Source of the DNA: an uncultured Nitrospiraceae bacterium
GTDB lineage: Bacteria > Hydrogenedentota > Hydrogenedentia > Hydrogenedentales > SLHB01
Direction: 5' to 3'
DNA: 64,000 nucleotides
NCBI GenBank assembly: GCA_964632865.1
Contig: CAZWDH010000002.1
Span: 3,960 to 67,959 of the forward strand
In this document: positions 17,755 through 25,876 of the stretch, one piece after another
How positions within the stretch are numbered: the first letter of the stretch is position 1
Layout: every line of letters starts with the position of its first letter
Notes under the pieces: model-generated
Told to the model about the DNA's origin: nothing
The model's database searches: none
The model's input: only the letters and a program-made list of their open reading frames with translations
Made by a program: the position numbers and the translations under genes

Positions 17755-18873
17755 ATGCGCATCATGATTGCAGGTGGCGGGACAGGCGGGCATACTTCCC
17801 CCGCGCGGGCCATCCTCGAAGAGATTCAGAATCGCGATTCCCTCCTTGTGGCTCAATGGGTAGGGTGTCGAGGGTCGATCGAAGAACGCGTCAGCGCGGC
17901 CATGGCCATCCCCTTCCGCAGTCTCTCTGTGGAAGGTTGGCCCCGCAGGCGCACGCCGCGCCGGCTCTGGGTCGCCCTCAAACTGCTTTGGTCGGTTTTT
18001 CGCGCGTGGACCTATCTTCGCAAGTTTCGGCCCCAGGTGGTCGTGGGCGTGGGCGGCTACGTTTCGCTGCCGCTCCTCTGGGCTGCCCAACGCATGGGCA
18101 TTCCCACTGTCATTCACGAACAGAACCGGCTGCTCGGAGTCGCCAACCGCCTGCTTGCCGCTCGGGCGACCCGGGTCTTGCTCAGCTTTCCCGAGACAAA
18201 GGGGACTTATCCACCCGAGCGGACCCGAGTCGTGGGCAATCCGGTGCGCACGGCCTTCGAATCGCCCCCCGATGCCCGCACGGCGCGCGAGTCATTTGGT
18301 TTGGACCTCGCTGTGCCGGTTATCCTCGTGTGCGGAGGGAGCCAGGGCGCCCGGCGCATCAACCAGGCCCTGGCGCAGGCCCTAGCGCAATTCCGAGCCG
18401 GTCAGGCGCAGTTCATCTGGATGACCGGGCAGGCAGATGCCGCGATGGGCCGCGAAGCCGCGGAGAAAGCGTCCGTGACCGCCCAGGTTTTTCCCTTCAT
18501 CGACGACATGGCCGGCGCATGCGCCGCGGCCGATATTATCGTGAGCCGCGCTGGCGCCTCGACCACGGCGGAGATCGCCATGCTCGGAAAACCTTCCATA
18601 TTGGTTCCGTATCCGCATGCAACGGACAACCACCAGTGGCACAACGCCCAAACCTTCGTCAACGCAGGCGCGGCGATGCTGCTGGAGGACTCGGAATGCA
18701 CCGCGGACACGTTGACCACTGCGATTCGTGGACTCCTCAACAGTCCGGACAAGTTGGAGCGTATGGGGACAGCCGCCCGAAGCCTTGCGAATCCACACGC
18801 CACGGATGCGATTGTGGAGGAAATCCTGGGACTCGTCTTCGGCGGTGAGCCTCGCGGTCAGGAGTCAGCGTAA
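17755..18873 (+). CDS. murG: UDP-GlcNAc:lipid I GlcNAc transferase MurG
   Basis: GGTGGHTSPA N-terminal motif, GGSQGA, and the C-terminal GT28 domain (ISRAGASTTAEI). Confidence 0.9.
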   Translation: MRIMIAGGGTGGHTSPARAILEEIQNRDSLLVAQWVGCRGSIEERVSAAMAIPFRSLSVEGWPRRRTPRRLWVALKLLWSVFRAWTYLRKFRPQVVVGVGGYVSLPLLWAAQRMGIPTVIHEQNRLLGVANRLLAARATRVLLSFPETKGTYPPERTRVVGNPVRTAFESPPDARTARESFGLDLAVPVILVCGGSQGARRINQALAQALAQFRAGQAQFIWMTGQADAAMGREAAEKASVTAQVFPFIDDMAGACAAADIIVSRAGASTTAEIAMLGKPSILVPYPHATDNHQWHNAQTFVNAGAAMLLEDSECTADTLTTAIRGLLNSPDKLERMGTAARSLANPHATDAIVEEILGLVFGGEPRGQESA

Positions 18874-18902
18874 TCGGGAGCCCGGCGTCAATCCGGTGCT
18901 AA

Positions 18903-18931
18903 TTGACTCTCGCCATCTCGATTGGTAGATT
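18903..18931 (+). promoter_or_regulatory. Sigma70-like promoter candidate for HD-GYP paralog 1
   Basis: TTGACT (18903-18908), 17-nt spacer, TAGATT (18926-18931). About 30 nt upstream of the ATG at 18963. Confidence 0.45.
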
Positions 18932-18962
18932 TCGCCCGTGGCATGGTGAAATTGAGGGAAGC

Positions 18963-19964
18963 ATGGCAACTCAAGGCAGTCTTGGACGGTCCCTGGCGTG
19001 GGGCCACACCGAACGGGGATTCCGGCGAATCCCGATTGCGAGTCTACGACTCGACTCGATCCCGTCTTTCAACATCCATATTGCAGTCGCTGGCGAGCAG
19101 AATCCTGTACTGTTCCGGGAGATGAATCTCCCGATAACCGGCGACGTCCTCGGCTCTCTGGCGGACAATCGCCACGAGTTCGTCTACGTCTCTACCGACC
19201 AGGAACGGGACTACTTGAAGTACACCGAGGAAAACCTCGGAAATGTGCTTGCCGACGAATCGGTCCCGGTCGAAGAACGGTCTCAGGTTCTATACAGTTG
19301 CGCCCAAGGATTGGTATCGCAGGTTCTGGAAGAACCGCGGTCAAAGGAGCTGATCCAACGGAGCAGCGATCTGGTGCGAAGTACCACCGCCTTCATGATC
19401 AACGAAAAGTCGGCATTTTCCCATTTGCTGAAGCTTGTTTCTTACGATTACTACACGTATACCCACAGCGTAAACGTGTTTGTATTCAGCGTTACCCTGG
19501 CGCAACGCGTTGGATTCACCGACCCGCAGGTGTTGCAGGAATTCGGGGAGGGCGTGCTGCTTCATGATATCGGGAAGAGCATGATCGACCCGTCCATCAC
19601 CAACTGCAAAGGCAAGCTGTCCGAAGAGCAGTGGCAGTCCATGCGCATGCATCCCGTCCACGGGTACGACATCATGCGCGAGCATGGTTCGTTGACGGAC
19701 ATGGCCCTCAGCGTGGTCCGGCACCATCATGAGAAGATCCGGGGAGGCGGGTACCCGGACAATCTGAAGGGCAAACAGATCGCGCCACTCGTGCGGATCT
19801 CGACCATTGCCGATATCTTTGACGCCCTGACTACCCGGCGGTCCTACAAGAATGCCATGGGGACTTTTGAAGCCCTCAAGATCATGCGTGACGAAATTAG
19901 CCGCGATCTGGACGATGAGTACTTTCGCGCCTTTGTTGCTATGATGGGTAATCCAGAGGGATAA
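18963..19964 (+). CDS. HD-GYP domain protein (putative c-di-GMP phosphodiesterase), paralog 1
   Basis: HDIGKSMIDP (HD) and HHEKIRGGGYPDNLKG (GYP motif, with Arg where the canonical HHExxDGxGYP has Asp). The N-terminal ~150 aa are shared with paralog 2. Confidence 0.85.
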   Translation: MATQGSLGRSLAWGHTERGFRRIPIASLRLDSIPSFNIHIAVAGEQNPVLFREMNLPITGDVLGSLADNRHEFVYVSTDQERDYLKYTEENLGNVLADESVPVEERSQVLYSCAQGLVSQVLEEPRSKELIQRSSDLVRSTTAFMINEKSAFSHLLKLVSYDYYTYTHSVNVFVFSVTLAQRVGFTDPQVLQEFGEGVLLHDIGKSMIDPSITNCKGKLSEEQWQSMRMHPVHGYDIMREHGSLTDMALSVVRHHHEKIRGGGYPDNLKGKQIAPLVRISTIADIFDALTTRRSYKNAMGTFEALKIMRDEISRDLDDEYFRAFVAMMGNPEG

Positions 19965-20009
19965 GCCACTGGACTCTGCCGCTCCAGAATCAGAATGCCC
20001 CGCAACCTA

Positions 20010-20038
20010 TTGACGCCCAACAGAATTTGGAGTAGACT
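20010..20038 (+). promoter_or_regulatory. Sigma70-like promoter candidate for HD-GYP paralog 2
   Basis: TTGACG (20010-20015), 17-nt spacer, TAGACT (20033-20038). Same architecture as the paralog 1 promoter. Confidence 0.45.
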
Positions 20039-20092
20039 AATCCATGGGTGGAGGATTCTGGTCGCTAACCGCATGGAGCGATCGGCATCATC

Positions 20093-21061
20093 ATGGCCGC
20101 GAGTAGCGTGCAAGGATTTCGCGCCATCCCGCTATCCAGCATCCGGATGGACTCCGTAACGGAGTTCGACATTCACATCCAGACGAGGCCCGGCCATCCG
20201 CCTGTGTTGTTCCGCGAGCGCAGGTTGCCCGTCACGCCTGTTGTCATCGAGAAACTCGTCGAACAACGTCACCGCCACGTCTACATTCCCGCCGAACAAG
20301 AGCGAGAGTACCGCCGGTACATTACCGATCACATCGAGGCGATCCTTGCCGATCCGGGGTTGCCGTTGTCTGAGAAATGCGAGGTCCTTTACGATTCCGC
20401 TCAAGGGCTTGTGGCGGACATTCTGGAGGATCCACGGTCTCGGGAGTTAATGGCGCGCAGCAAGGAGCTGGTCGCGAGCACGGTAGACTTCATGAGCCAG
20501 GAGCAGCACGCGTTTCAGTATTTGATTCAGTTGGTCTCGTACGACTACTACACCTACACCCACAGCGTAAACGTCAGTATTTTCAGTATCGCCCTTGCGC
20601 AGCATCTCGACTGTTTTGACGCGGATACGTTGCGCGACCTCGGCGAGGGTGCCCTTCTTCATGACGTGGGCAAGAGCATGATCGACCCGTCGATCTCGTT
20701 ACATCGGGGACCACTGACGGACGAGCAGTGGCGCATCATGAAGATGCACCCGGTCTACGGATACGAGATTCTATCCGGTCACGGCCTTCTCGGGCCGGCG
20801 GCGCTGGATGTGGTGCGGCACCATCATGAGAAGCTCGATGGAAGCGGATACCCCGACGGCTTGAAGGGCGAGCGAATTTCACCGCTGGTGCGTATCAGCA
20901 CTATTGCGGACATCTTTGACGCGATGACGACCCGTCGATGCTACCGCGGCGCCATTGGATCTTTTGACGCGTTGATGGAAATGAGAGAACACCTCAGTTT
21001 TCAGCTGGACCAAGTCTACTTCCGCACGTTTGTGGAAATGATGGGGCGCTCGGGAGGGTAA
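20093..21061 (+). CDS. HD-GYP domain protein (putative c-di-GMP phosphodiesterase), paralog 2
   Basis: HDVGKSMIDP and the canonical HHEKLDGSGYPDGLKG. Collinear with paralog 1 over its whole length (e.g. LVSYDYYTYTHSVNV in both). Confidence 0.85.
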   Translation: MAASSVQGFRAIPLSSIRMDSVTEFDIHIQTRPGHPPVLFRERRLPVTPVVIEKLVEQRHRHVYIPAEQEREYRRYITDHIEAILADPGLPLSEKCEVLYDSAQGLVADILEDPRSRELMARSKELVASTVDFMSQEQHAFQYLIQLVSYDYYTYTHSVNVSIFSIALAQHLDCFDADTLRDLGEGALLHDVGKSMIDPSISLHRGPLTDEQWRIMKMHPVYGYEILSGHGLLGPAALDVVRHHHEKLDGSGYPDGLKGERISPLVRISTIADIFDAMTTRRCYRGAIGSFDALMEMREHLSFQLDQVYFRTFVEMMGRSGG

Positions 21062-21089
21062 GTGCTGGCAGGTTACGCGCGGGGAGCGT

Positions 21090-21869
21090 TCAGTCCTGTG
21101 CTGCCTCGGGCGGCATTTCCTTCAGAATCGAGACGCCCGTGCTGGTGCCGATCCGGGTGGCACCTGCCGTAATCATCGCCACCGCATCCGAGTACGATCG
21201 GATACCGCCGGCCGCCTTAATCCCCAACGTCCCGCCAACGACCTGACGCATCAGCGCTACGTCTTCGGCGGTGGCGCCGGCGCGGCCGAACCCGGTAGAC
21301 GTCTTCACAAACGCCGCGCCGGATCGCTTCGCCATTTCGCACGCGGCGATCTTCTCCTCGGTGGTGAGATAGCTCGTTTCAATGATGACCTTGACGGGCA
21401 CGTGCTGTACGCCTTTGACCACCGCTGCGATCTCCCGCTCGACGAAGCTCGGAAAGCCGGATTTCAAGGCGCCGATGTTGATCACCATATCGATCTCGGT
21501 AGCGCCGTTCTTCACGCATTCCCGGGCTTCTTCCACTTTGATGCGCGCCGTATTTGCGCCCAGGGGGAAACCGACCGTCGGGTTCACGCCGACGCCGGTG
21601 TTTTGCAGTCGCTTTGCGCAGAACGCCGTCCACACCGGATTGATGGACACGGCCGCGAACCCGCATTTCACCGCAACTTCACAAAGCTCTGTAATGTCGT
21701 TTTGAGTGGCATTCGCCCGGACCTGCGTATGATCGATCATCCGCGCAAGTTGTACTCGAGTCAACGATTTCGTCTCCTGCGTGGCGCGCGTTCCCGTTGC
21801 GGCTCTGGCCGGCGTGTGGGGCGGCCTTCTCCCCGATAAACCCAACCGTGGGCGCATAGTGTCGCCCAT
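21090..21869 (-). CDS. deoC: Deoxyribose-phosphate aldolase
   Basis: LARMIDHTQVRANAT, VGFPLGAN, EIDMVINIG, and the Schiff-base region FVKTSTGF...GIKAAGGIR. The start is uncertain; the N-terminal ~40 aa are Arg/Pro-rich. Confidence 0.8.
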   Translation of the reverse strand: MGDTMRPRLGLSGRRPPHTPARAATGTRATQETKSLTRVQLARMIDHTQVRANATQNDITELCEVAVKCGFAAVSINPVWTAFCAKRLQNTGVGVNPTVGFPLGANTARIKVEEARECVKNGATEIDMVINIGALKSGFPSFVEREIAAVVKGVQHVPVKVIIETSYLTTEEKIAACEMAKRSGAAFVKTSTGFGRAGATAEDVALMRQVVGGTLGIKAAGGIRSYSDAVAMITAGATRIGTSTGVSILKEMPPEAAQD

Positions 21870-21990
21870 TTAATCACAAAAATCCAATTCCCGGGCGGCA
21901 CTGCCGACCGACACCGTCGTGTTCCCGTTTGTTACCGGAACAATCGGATGGTAGACTGCCCCGAAAACCGCGGGAACGGAGAGGTGAGCC

Positions 21991-23394
21991 ATGGATGAGA
22001 ACGCGTATCTGGCCGAGTTGTCGAAGAAGCCATTAATAAGCCGAATTGGGGGGTACTTCCGGCTGAGCGGCCCCGGCTACATGCAAAGCGCGATGACCCT
22101 GGGCGCCGGTTCGATGGCGTCGTGCGTCGTGCTCGGCTCCCTGCTCGGATACAAGTTGCTGTGGGTGCAGCCGATGGCCATCGTGCTGGGGGTATTCCTG
22201 CTCGGGGCCGTCGCCAAACAGACCTGCCACACAGGCGAGCGCACCTATGAGGTTTTCTGGAAGCGATTGCACCCCGCCCTGGCACTTCTCTGGGCCGGTT
22301 GCGCCATGGTTGCCACGGTCATCTGGCATTTTCCCCAGTATTCTCTGGCCGCGGACGGCATGGGTACCTTGGCCGGGGGACTTGGCGTCTCGCTCGGCTC
22401 TACCGGCGCGCGTGCGGGGATTGGCGCGGCATTGCTCATTTCTGCCACCGCTGTCGTCGCACTCTACGTCTCAGGCGCGCGCGGGCTGAAGGCCTACGAA
22501 ACGGCGATCAAGATCCTTGTCTGGTCCATCGTCATTGCCTTCACCGTCGCTGCCTTTGCGACGGGATTCCAGTTCAAGCAATTTTTCCTCGGGATCACCG
22601 GCATCTCGTTCATGCAAGATGTCCTCGCGGGGGGGTACGATCCGCGCGCCACCAAGCCCATCGTGGGCGGAATCGCGGCCGCAGTCGGCATCAACATGCT
22701 CTTTCTTTATCCCTACTCGCTGCTCAACAAGAACTGGGGCGAAAACCACAAGGGGCTCGCCTACTACGATCTCATCACGGGAATGCTCATCCCCTTCCTG
22801 TTCACGACGACCTTCGTCACCGCCGCCGTCGCAAACACCATCGGCCCGGCCCCCGGCGAAGTCGCGGACGCGCCGGTTCGCGAGATCGTCGATGTCATCC
22901 CCGCGCTCAGCCAGACCTTCGGGGAAGGGTTCTCCCTGATCCTCATCGGATTTGGCATGCTGGCTATCGGGTTTTCCACCATCATCACGCACATGCTGGC
23001 CTGTGGCTTTATCGGATGTGAAATATTCGGCTTTGACAACCGGGGCAAGGCGAAGTTCTGGTTTTCGCTCGTTCCCGCTATTGGGGTGCTCGGCGTCGGG
23101 ATGAAATCGCCCTGGCTCGTGGCCATCACCGCTTCCAGCCTCGCCGCGCCGCTCATGCCCATATCGGTGCTTTGCTTCCTGCTGCTGATGAACAACCGCG
23201 ACTACATGGGCGATGCCACGCCGCGCGGCGGGAAGAAGTTGATGTGGAACGTCATGCTTTCAGCGTCCATTGTCGTGCTGAGCGTCGCCGGCTATTTTGG
23301 CTTGACAAAGAACTGGGAAGACCTCAAGTCTCGTTTGTCCGAACCTGCCTCGGAAACGGCGCTTGTCGTGGAACCGGAAAGCACATTCGAATAG
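21991..23394 (+). CDS. NRAMP-fold (MntH-like) membrane transporter, divergent, substrate unknown
   Basis: About 11 TMs. The N-terminal SGPGYMQSAMTLGAGSMASCVVLGSLLGYKLLWV aligns with the NRAMP LGPG...DPGN...G..GY.LLW block, but the DPGN metal-binding motif is replaced. Confidence 0.55.
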   Translation: MDENAYLAELSKKPLISRIGGYFRLSGPGYMQSAMTLGAGSMASCVVLGSLLGYKLLWVQPMAIVLGVFLLGAVAKQTCHTGERTYEVFWKRLHPALALLWAGCAMVATVIWHFPQYSLAADGMGTLAGGLGVSLGSTGARAGIGAALLISATAVVALYVSGARGLKAYETAIKILVWSIVIAFTVAAFATGFQFKQFFLGITGISFMQDVLAGGYDPRATKPIVGGIAAAVGINMLFLYPYSLLNKNWGENHKGLAYYDLITGMLIPFLFTTTFVTAAVANTIGPAPGEVADAPVREIVDVIPALSQTFGEGFSLILIGFGMLAIGFSTIITHMLACGFIGCEIFGFDNRGKAKFWFSLVPAIGVLGVGMKSPWLVAITASSLAAPLMPISVLCFLLLMNNRDYMGDATPRGGKKLMWNVMLSASIVVLSVAGYFGLTKNWEDLKSRLSEPASETALVVEPESTFE

Positions 23395-23411
23395 CGGATA
23401 TTTGCAGAGAT

Positions 23412-23442
23412 GGAGAAGCGCGTATGCAGAACGCGCTTCTCC
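23412..23442. terminator. Bidirectional stem-loop between convergent genes
   Basis: GGAGAAGCGCGT (23412-23423), 7-nt loop, ACGCGCTTCTCC (23431-23442); a perfect 12-bp stem. It lies between the NRAMP-like stop (23394) and the acylase stop (23455). Confidence 0.6.
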
Positions 23443-23454
23443 AGTCTTGGTTGA

Positions 23455-25659
23455 TTAGTCCGCCTTCTCCAACACCGTACGCGACTCGATGTGCTCGGCG
23501 AGATCTTCTGGGCGCCACCAGGTCGGTTGAAGTTGGCGCGGGCTGAAGGCCTTCTCCGCCTGATCGCGGTAGTGCGGTGAATCGGGGCGGTCGCTCTGTC
23601 CGATCGGCACATAGGTCCAACTCTGGATCGGCTTGCTGAGGACGACGATTTGTGTGGAGGTCTGACCGCTGCGTCCCCAGCGAGTGTGGTCGGGACGCTC
23701 CCGTTCATATCCGACGTTGCGCAGTGTAGTCATGCCAAGATACCCGTCGCCTCCGCCACCGAGAGGCCAGGAAACGTCGTCCCGCCCGACGCGGAACACG
23801 TCGCCGTACGTGGCATCTGCGGATCCCATATCGCTCTTGAGTGTTCGCATGGCGTTTCCGAAAGACCGGCCCGCCGCGAGCAGTTGTTCTGAGGAGAGAT
23901 CCGGTGCGGGCGTCGGTCTACCCAGCGGTTCGAGGTAGTTGTCGATCTGCTCCGCCGCCTGGTCCATCACGTCGCGGCCATGATCGTCGACGAGTTGTTT
24001 GCGCCAGTAGTAGTATTTCAGCGCGCCCGTGGAATCCCGTGCCAGTTCCTGGTTCCAGTTCAGCAGGTCTTCGATGCCGTCGGCGTACTCCCTATCGGCG
24101 CGAAGCACCTCCTTGTGCGATTCGTCCGCGAGCCGCAGGACTTCGATCCACCGCTCGCACCCGTAGGGATGCACGTCCACCGCGTACGCCAACGCCTCTT
24201 CGACCGTAACCGAGTCGTCCGCGTCCAACAGCTGAACCGCGCGCGCTCCGCGCTGATTCGTCCACCCATTTCTTGGATTGCCATACCCGAGATCCGAGAA
24301 GAGGTAGGGAACCGACTCGCTCAGCTTGAAGGGGCTGTTGACCATCATGGCGTCCGGCGGAATGTTGCAGTTCTGCATGTAGCCCTGCGGAGGGTTCAGT
24401 ACTTGCAGGTGATCGCTAGCCGGATGGAAGCCCTGCCACTCCGTGAGCGTCGTGCTGCCGCTGACGGGGCGTGACCAATCGAATTCCCCTGGCCGTTTCG
24501 GGACGCGCCCGGTCCGTTGGTAATAAATGTTGCCTGACGTGTCCGCAACCATGACATTCTGTGGAAAGACTTGGAGGGTTGCGAGCGCTGCGACCGCGGC
24601 CTGGTAGTCCTTGCCGAAGTTCAATTCGTACCACGCTTCGTTTCCTGCTACTGCGTCGGCATAGGCCGATTTGAGCGCGTAGCCTTTTCCATTGCGGATG
24701 GCCACCACCGGACCGTGATGCGATTCCAGGATCGGCAATGTTTGCGCGCCCGCGCCTTTCACATTCAGCGTGACTTCTCGTTCCTCTAACGCGCGCCACT
24801 CTCCGTCGTACAGGTACTCCTTCGGATTCTCCGCGTTTAGTGTCAGCTCGTAAACGTCCGCTGTATCCGGGCCGCCTGTGGTCATGGCCCAAGCCAGGTT
24901 TTCGTTATGACCCAATCCGATGTAGGGTTGGCCCGGTAACGAGAACCCGCTCCCGATCCATTTGCCCGCGTGGACGCGGAACTCCCAGAACCGCGACGCG
25001 CCGAACCAGCCGAGATGCGGGTCGATGTACAGGATCGCCGCGTTCTCCGCGCTGCGTTCCGGCGCGATTGCAAACTGATTGGAGCCCCGTTCCACCCGGT
25101 CAAACCCCGGCTCCACGCCTGCCCGCTTCAGATCGGCAAACCCGTCGTCGAAGGACCAGGACTGCAGGAACAGCCTGCCGAAGGCCATGATCATGAACTC
25201 GTCGACCTTGTCGTGGTCCCACCATTCCGGCACATCCTCGGGGTGCGCTGCGTAGTAATCGTTGATGCCTTGTGCGAAGGCTTGCATGTGTTCACGCACT
25301 TCCGGCCGCACCTGATCCGCGCCGCGCTTGGACCCTTCATACAACTCCCACAGATGGGCGACCTGGTCCGATTCAATCGCGCCTTCCCCTTCGACACTGG
25401 AGAGTTCACCCAAGCCGCGTTTCAGGTTCTTGAGCAATTCCGTAGGACGGTCCTCGGCTTGCGCCCAACCCATGGCGTAAAGCCCTGCGCGCTCAGTCGG
25501 GGCATAAATGTGCGGTATCCCCCAAGTGTCGCGATAGATCACGGTCTTTCCCGCGTCGTTACCGGTTCCCGGCAGTTCCGCTGCGAAGACAGCTACCGTC
25601 GACACGATGGACAGAACGGTAAGTAGGTGCGTTCGTATGGGCCGGACGGGTGCGTTCAT
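23455..25659 (-). CDS. Penicillin acylase / acyl-homoserine-lactone acylase family Ntn-hydrolase (secreted)
   Basis: ATG at 25659 with a GGAG-type RBS. Signal peptide MNAPVRPIRTHLLTVLSIVSTVAVFAA. N-terminal YRDTWGIPHIYA and the nucleophile context ERGSNQFAIAP. About 734 aa. Confidence 0.8.
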   Translation of the reverse strand: MNAPVRPIRTHLLTVLSIVSTVAVFAAELPGTGNDAGKTVIYRDTWGIPHIYAPTERAGLYAMGWAQAEDRPTELLKNLKRGLGELSSVEGEGAIESDQVAHLWELYEGSKRGADQVRPEVREHMQAFAQGINDYYAAHPEDVPEWWDHDKVDEFMIMAFGRLFLQSWSFDDGFADLKRAGVEPGFDRVERGSNQFAIAPERSAENAAILYIDPHLGWFGASRFWEFRVHAGKWIGSGFSLPGQPYIGLGHNENLAWAMTTGGPDTADVYELTLNAENPKEYLYDGEWRALEEREVTLNVKGAGAQTLPILESHHGPVVAIRNGKGYALKSAYADAVAGNEAWYELNFGKDYQAAVAALATLQVFPQNVMVADTSGNIYYQRTGRVPKRPGEFDWSRPVSGSTTLTEWQGFHPASDHLQVLNPPQGYMQNCNIPPDAMMVNSPFKLSESVPYLFSDLGYGNPRNGWTNQRGARAVQLLDADDSVTVEEALAYAVDVHPYGCERWIEVLRLADESHKEVLRADREYADGIEDLLNWNQELARDSTGALKYYYWRKQLVDDHGRDVMDQAAEQIDNYLEPLGRPTPAPDLSSEQLLAAGRSFGNAMRTLKSDMGSADATYGDVFRVGRDDVSWPLGGGGDGYLGMTTLRNVGYERERPDHTRWGRSGQTSTQIVVLSKPIQSWTYVPIGQSDRPDSPHYRDQAEKAFSPRQLQPTWWRPEDLAEHIESRTVLEKAD

Positions 25660-25876
25660 GGTACCTCTCCTCTCAGATTTCGCCGGAACCGCTCCTGGAC
25701 CCCAGAATTGAGGTTGCAGAGCGCGTATCACCCTAGCATTCGGCGAGGATTCGTGCCAACTTTTCCCTCGGCTGTCGCGTGAAGTTTGACGCAACACCTT
25801 GCGCGATATAGAATTCCACCGTCAGTGCGAACACTCGCACGAACGGTCACCGTTGCTATCTCACTTCCAAAACGGA

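Noticed and set aside
21870-21990. Possible Mn2+ (yybP-ykoY) riboswitch upstream of the NRAMP-like gene.
   Set aside because: I could not find the conserved four-way-junction sequence blocks. The only GGAGAGG match is the ribosome-binding site.
23455-25659. Penicillin/AHL-acylase divergently adjacent to the sensor gene, considered as a quorum-quenching sensing unit.
   Set aside because: This rests on adjacency only. Acylase family membership does not establish an AHL substrate, and no LuxR/LuxI-type genes are present.
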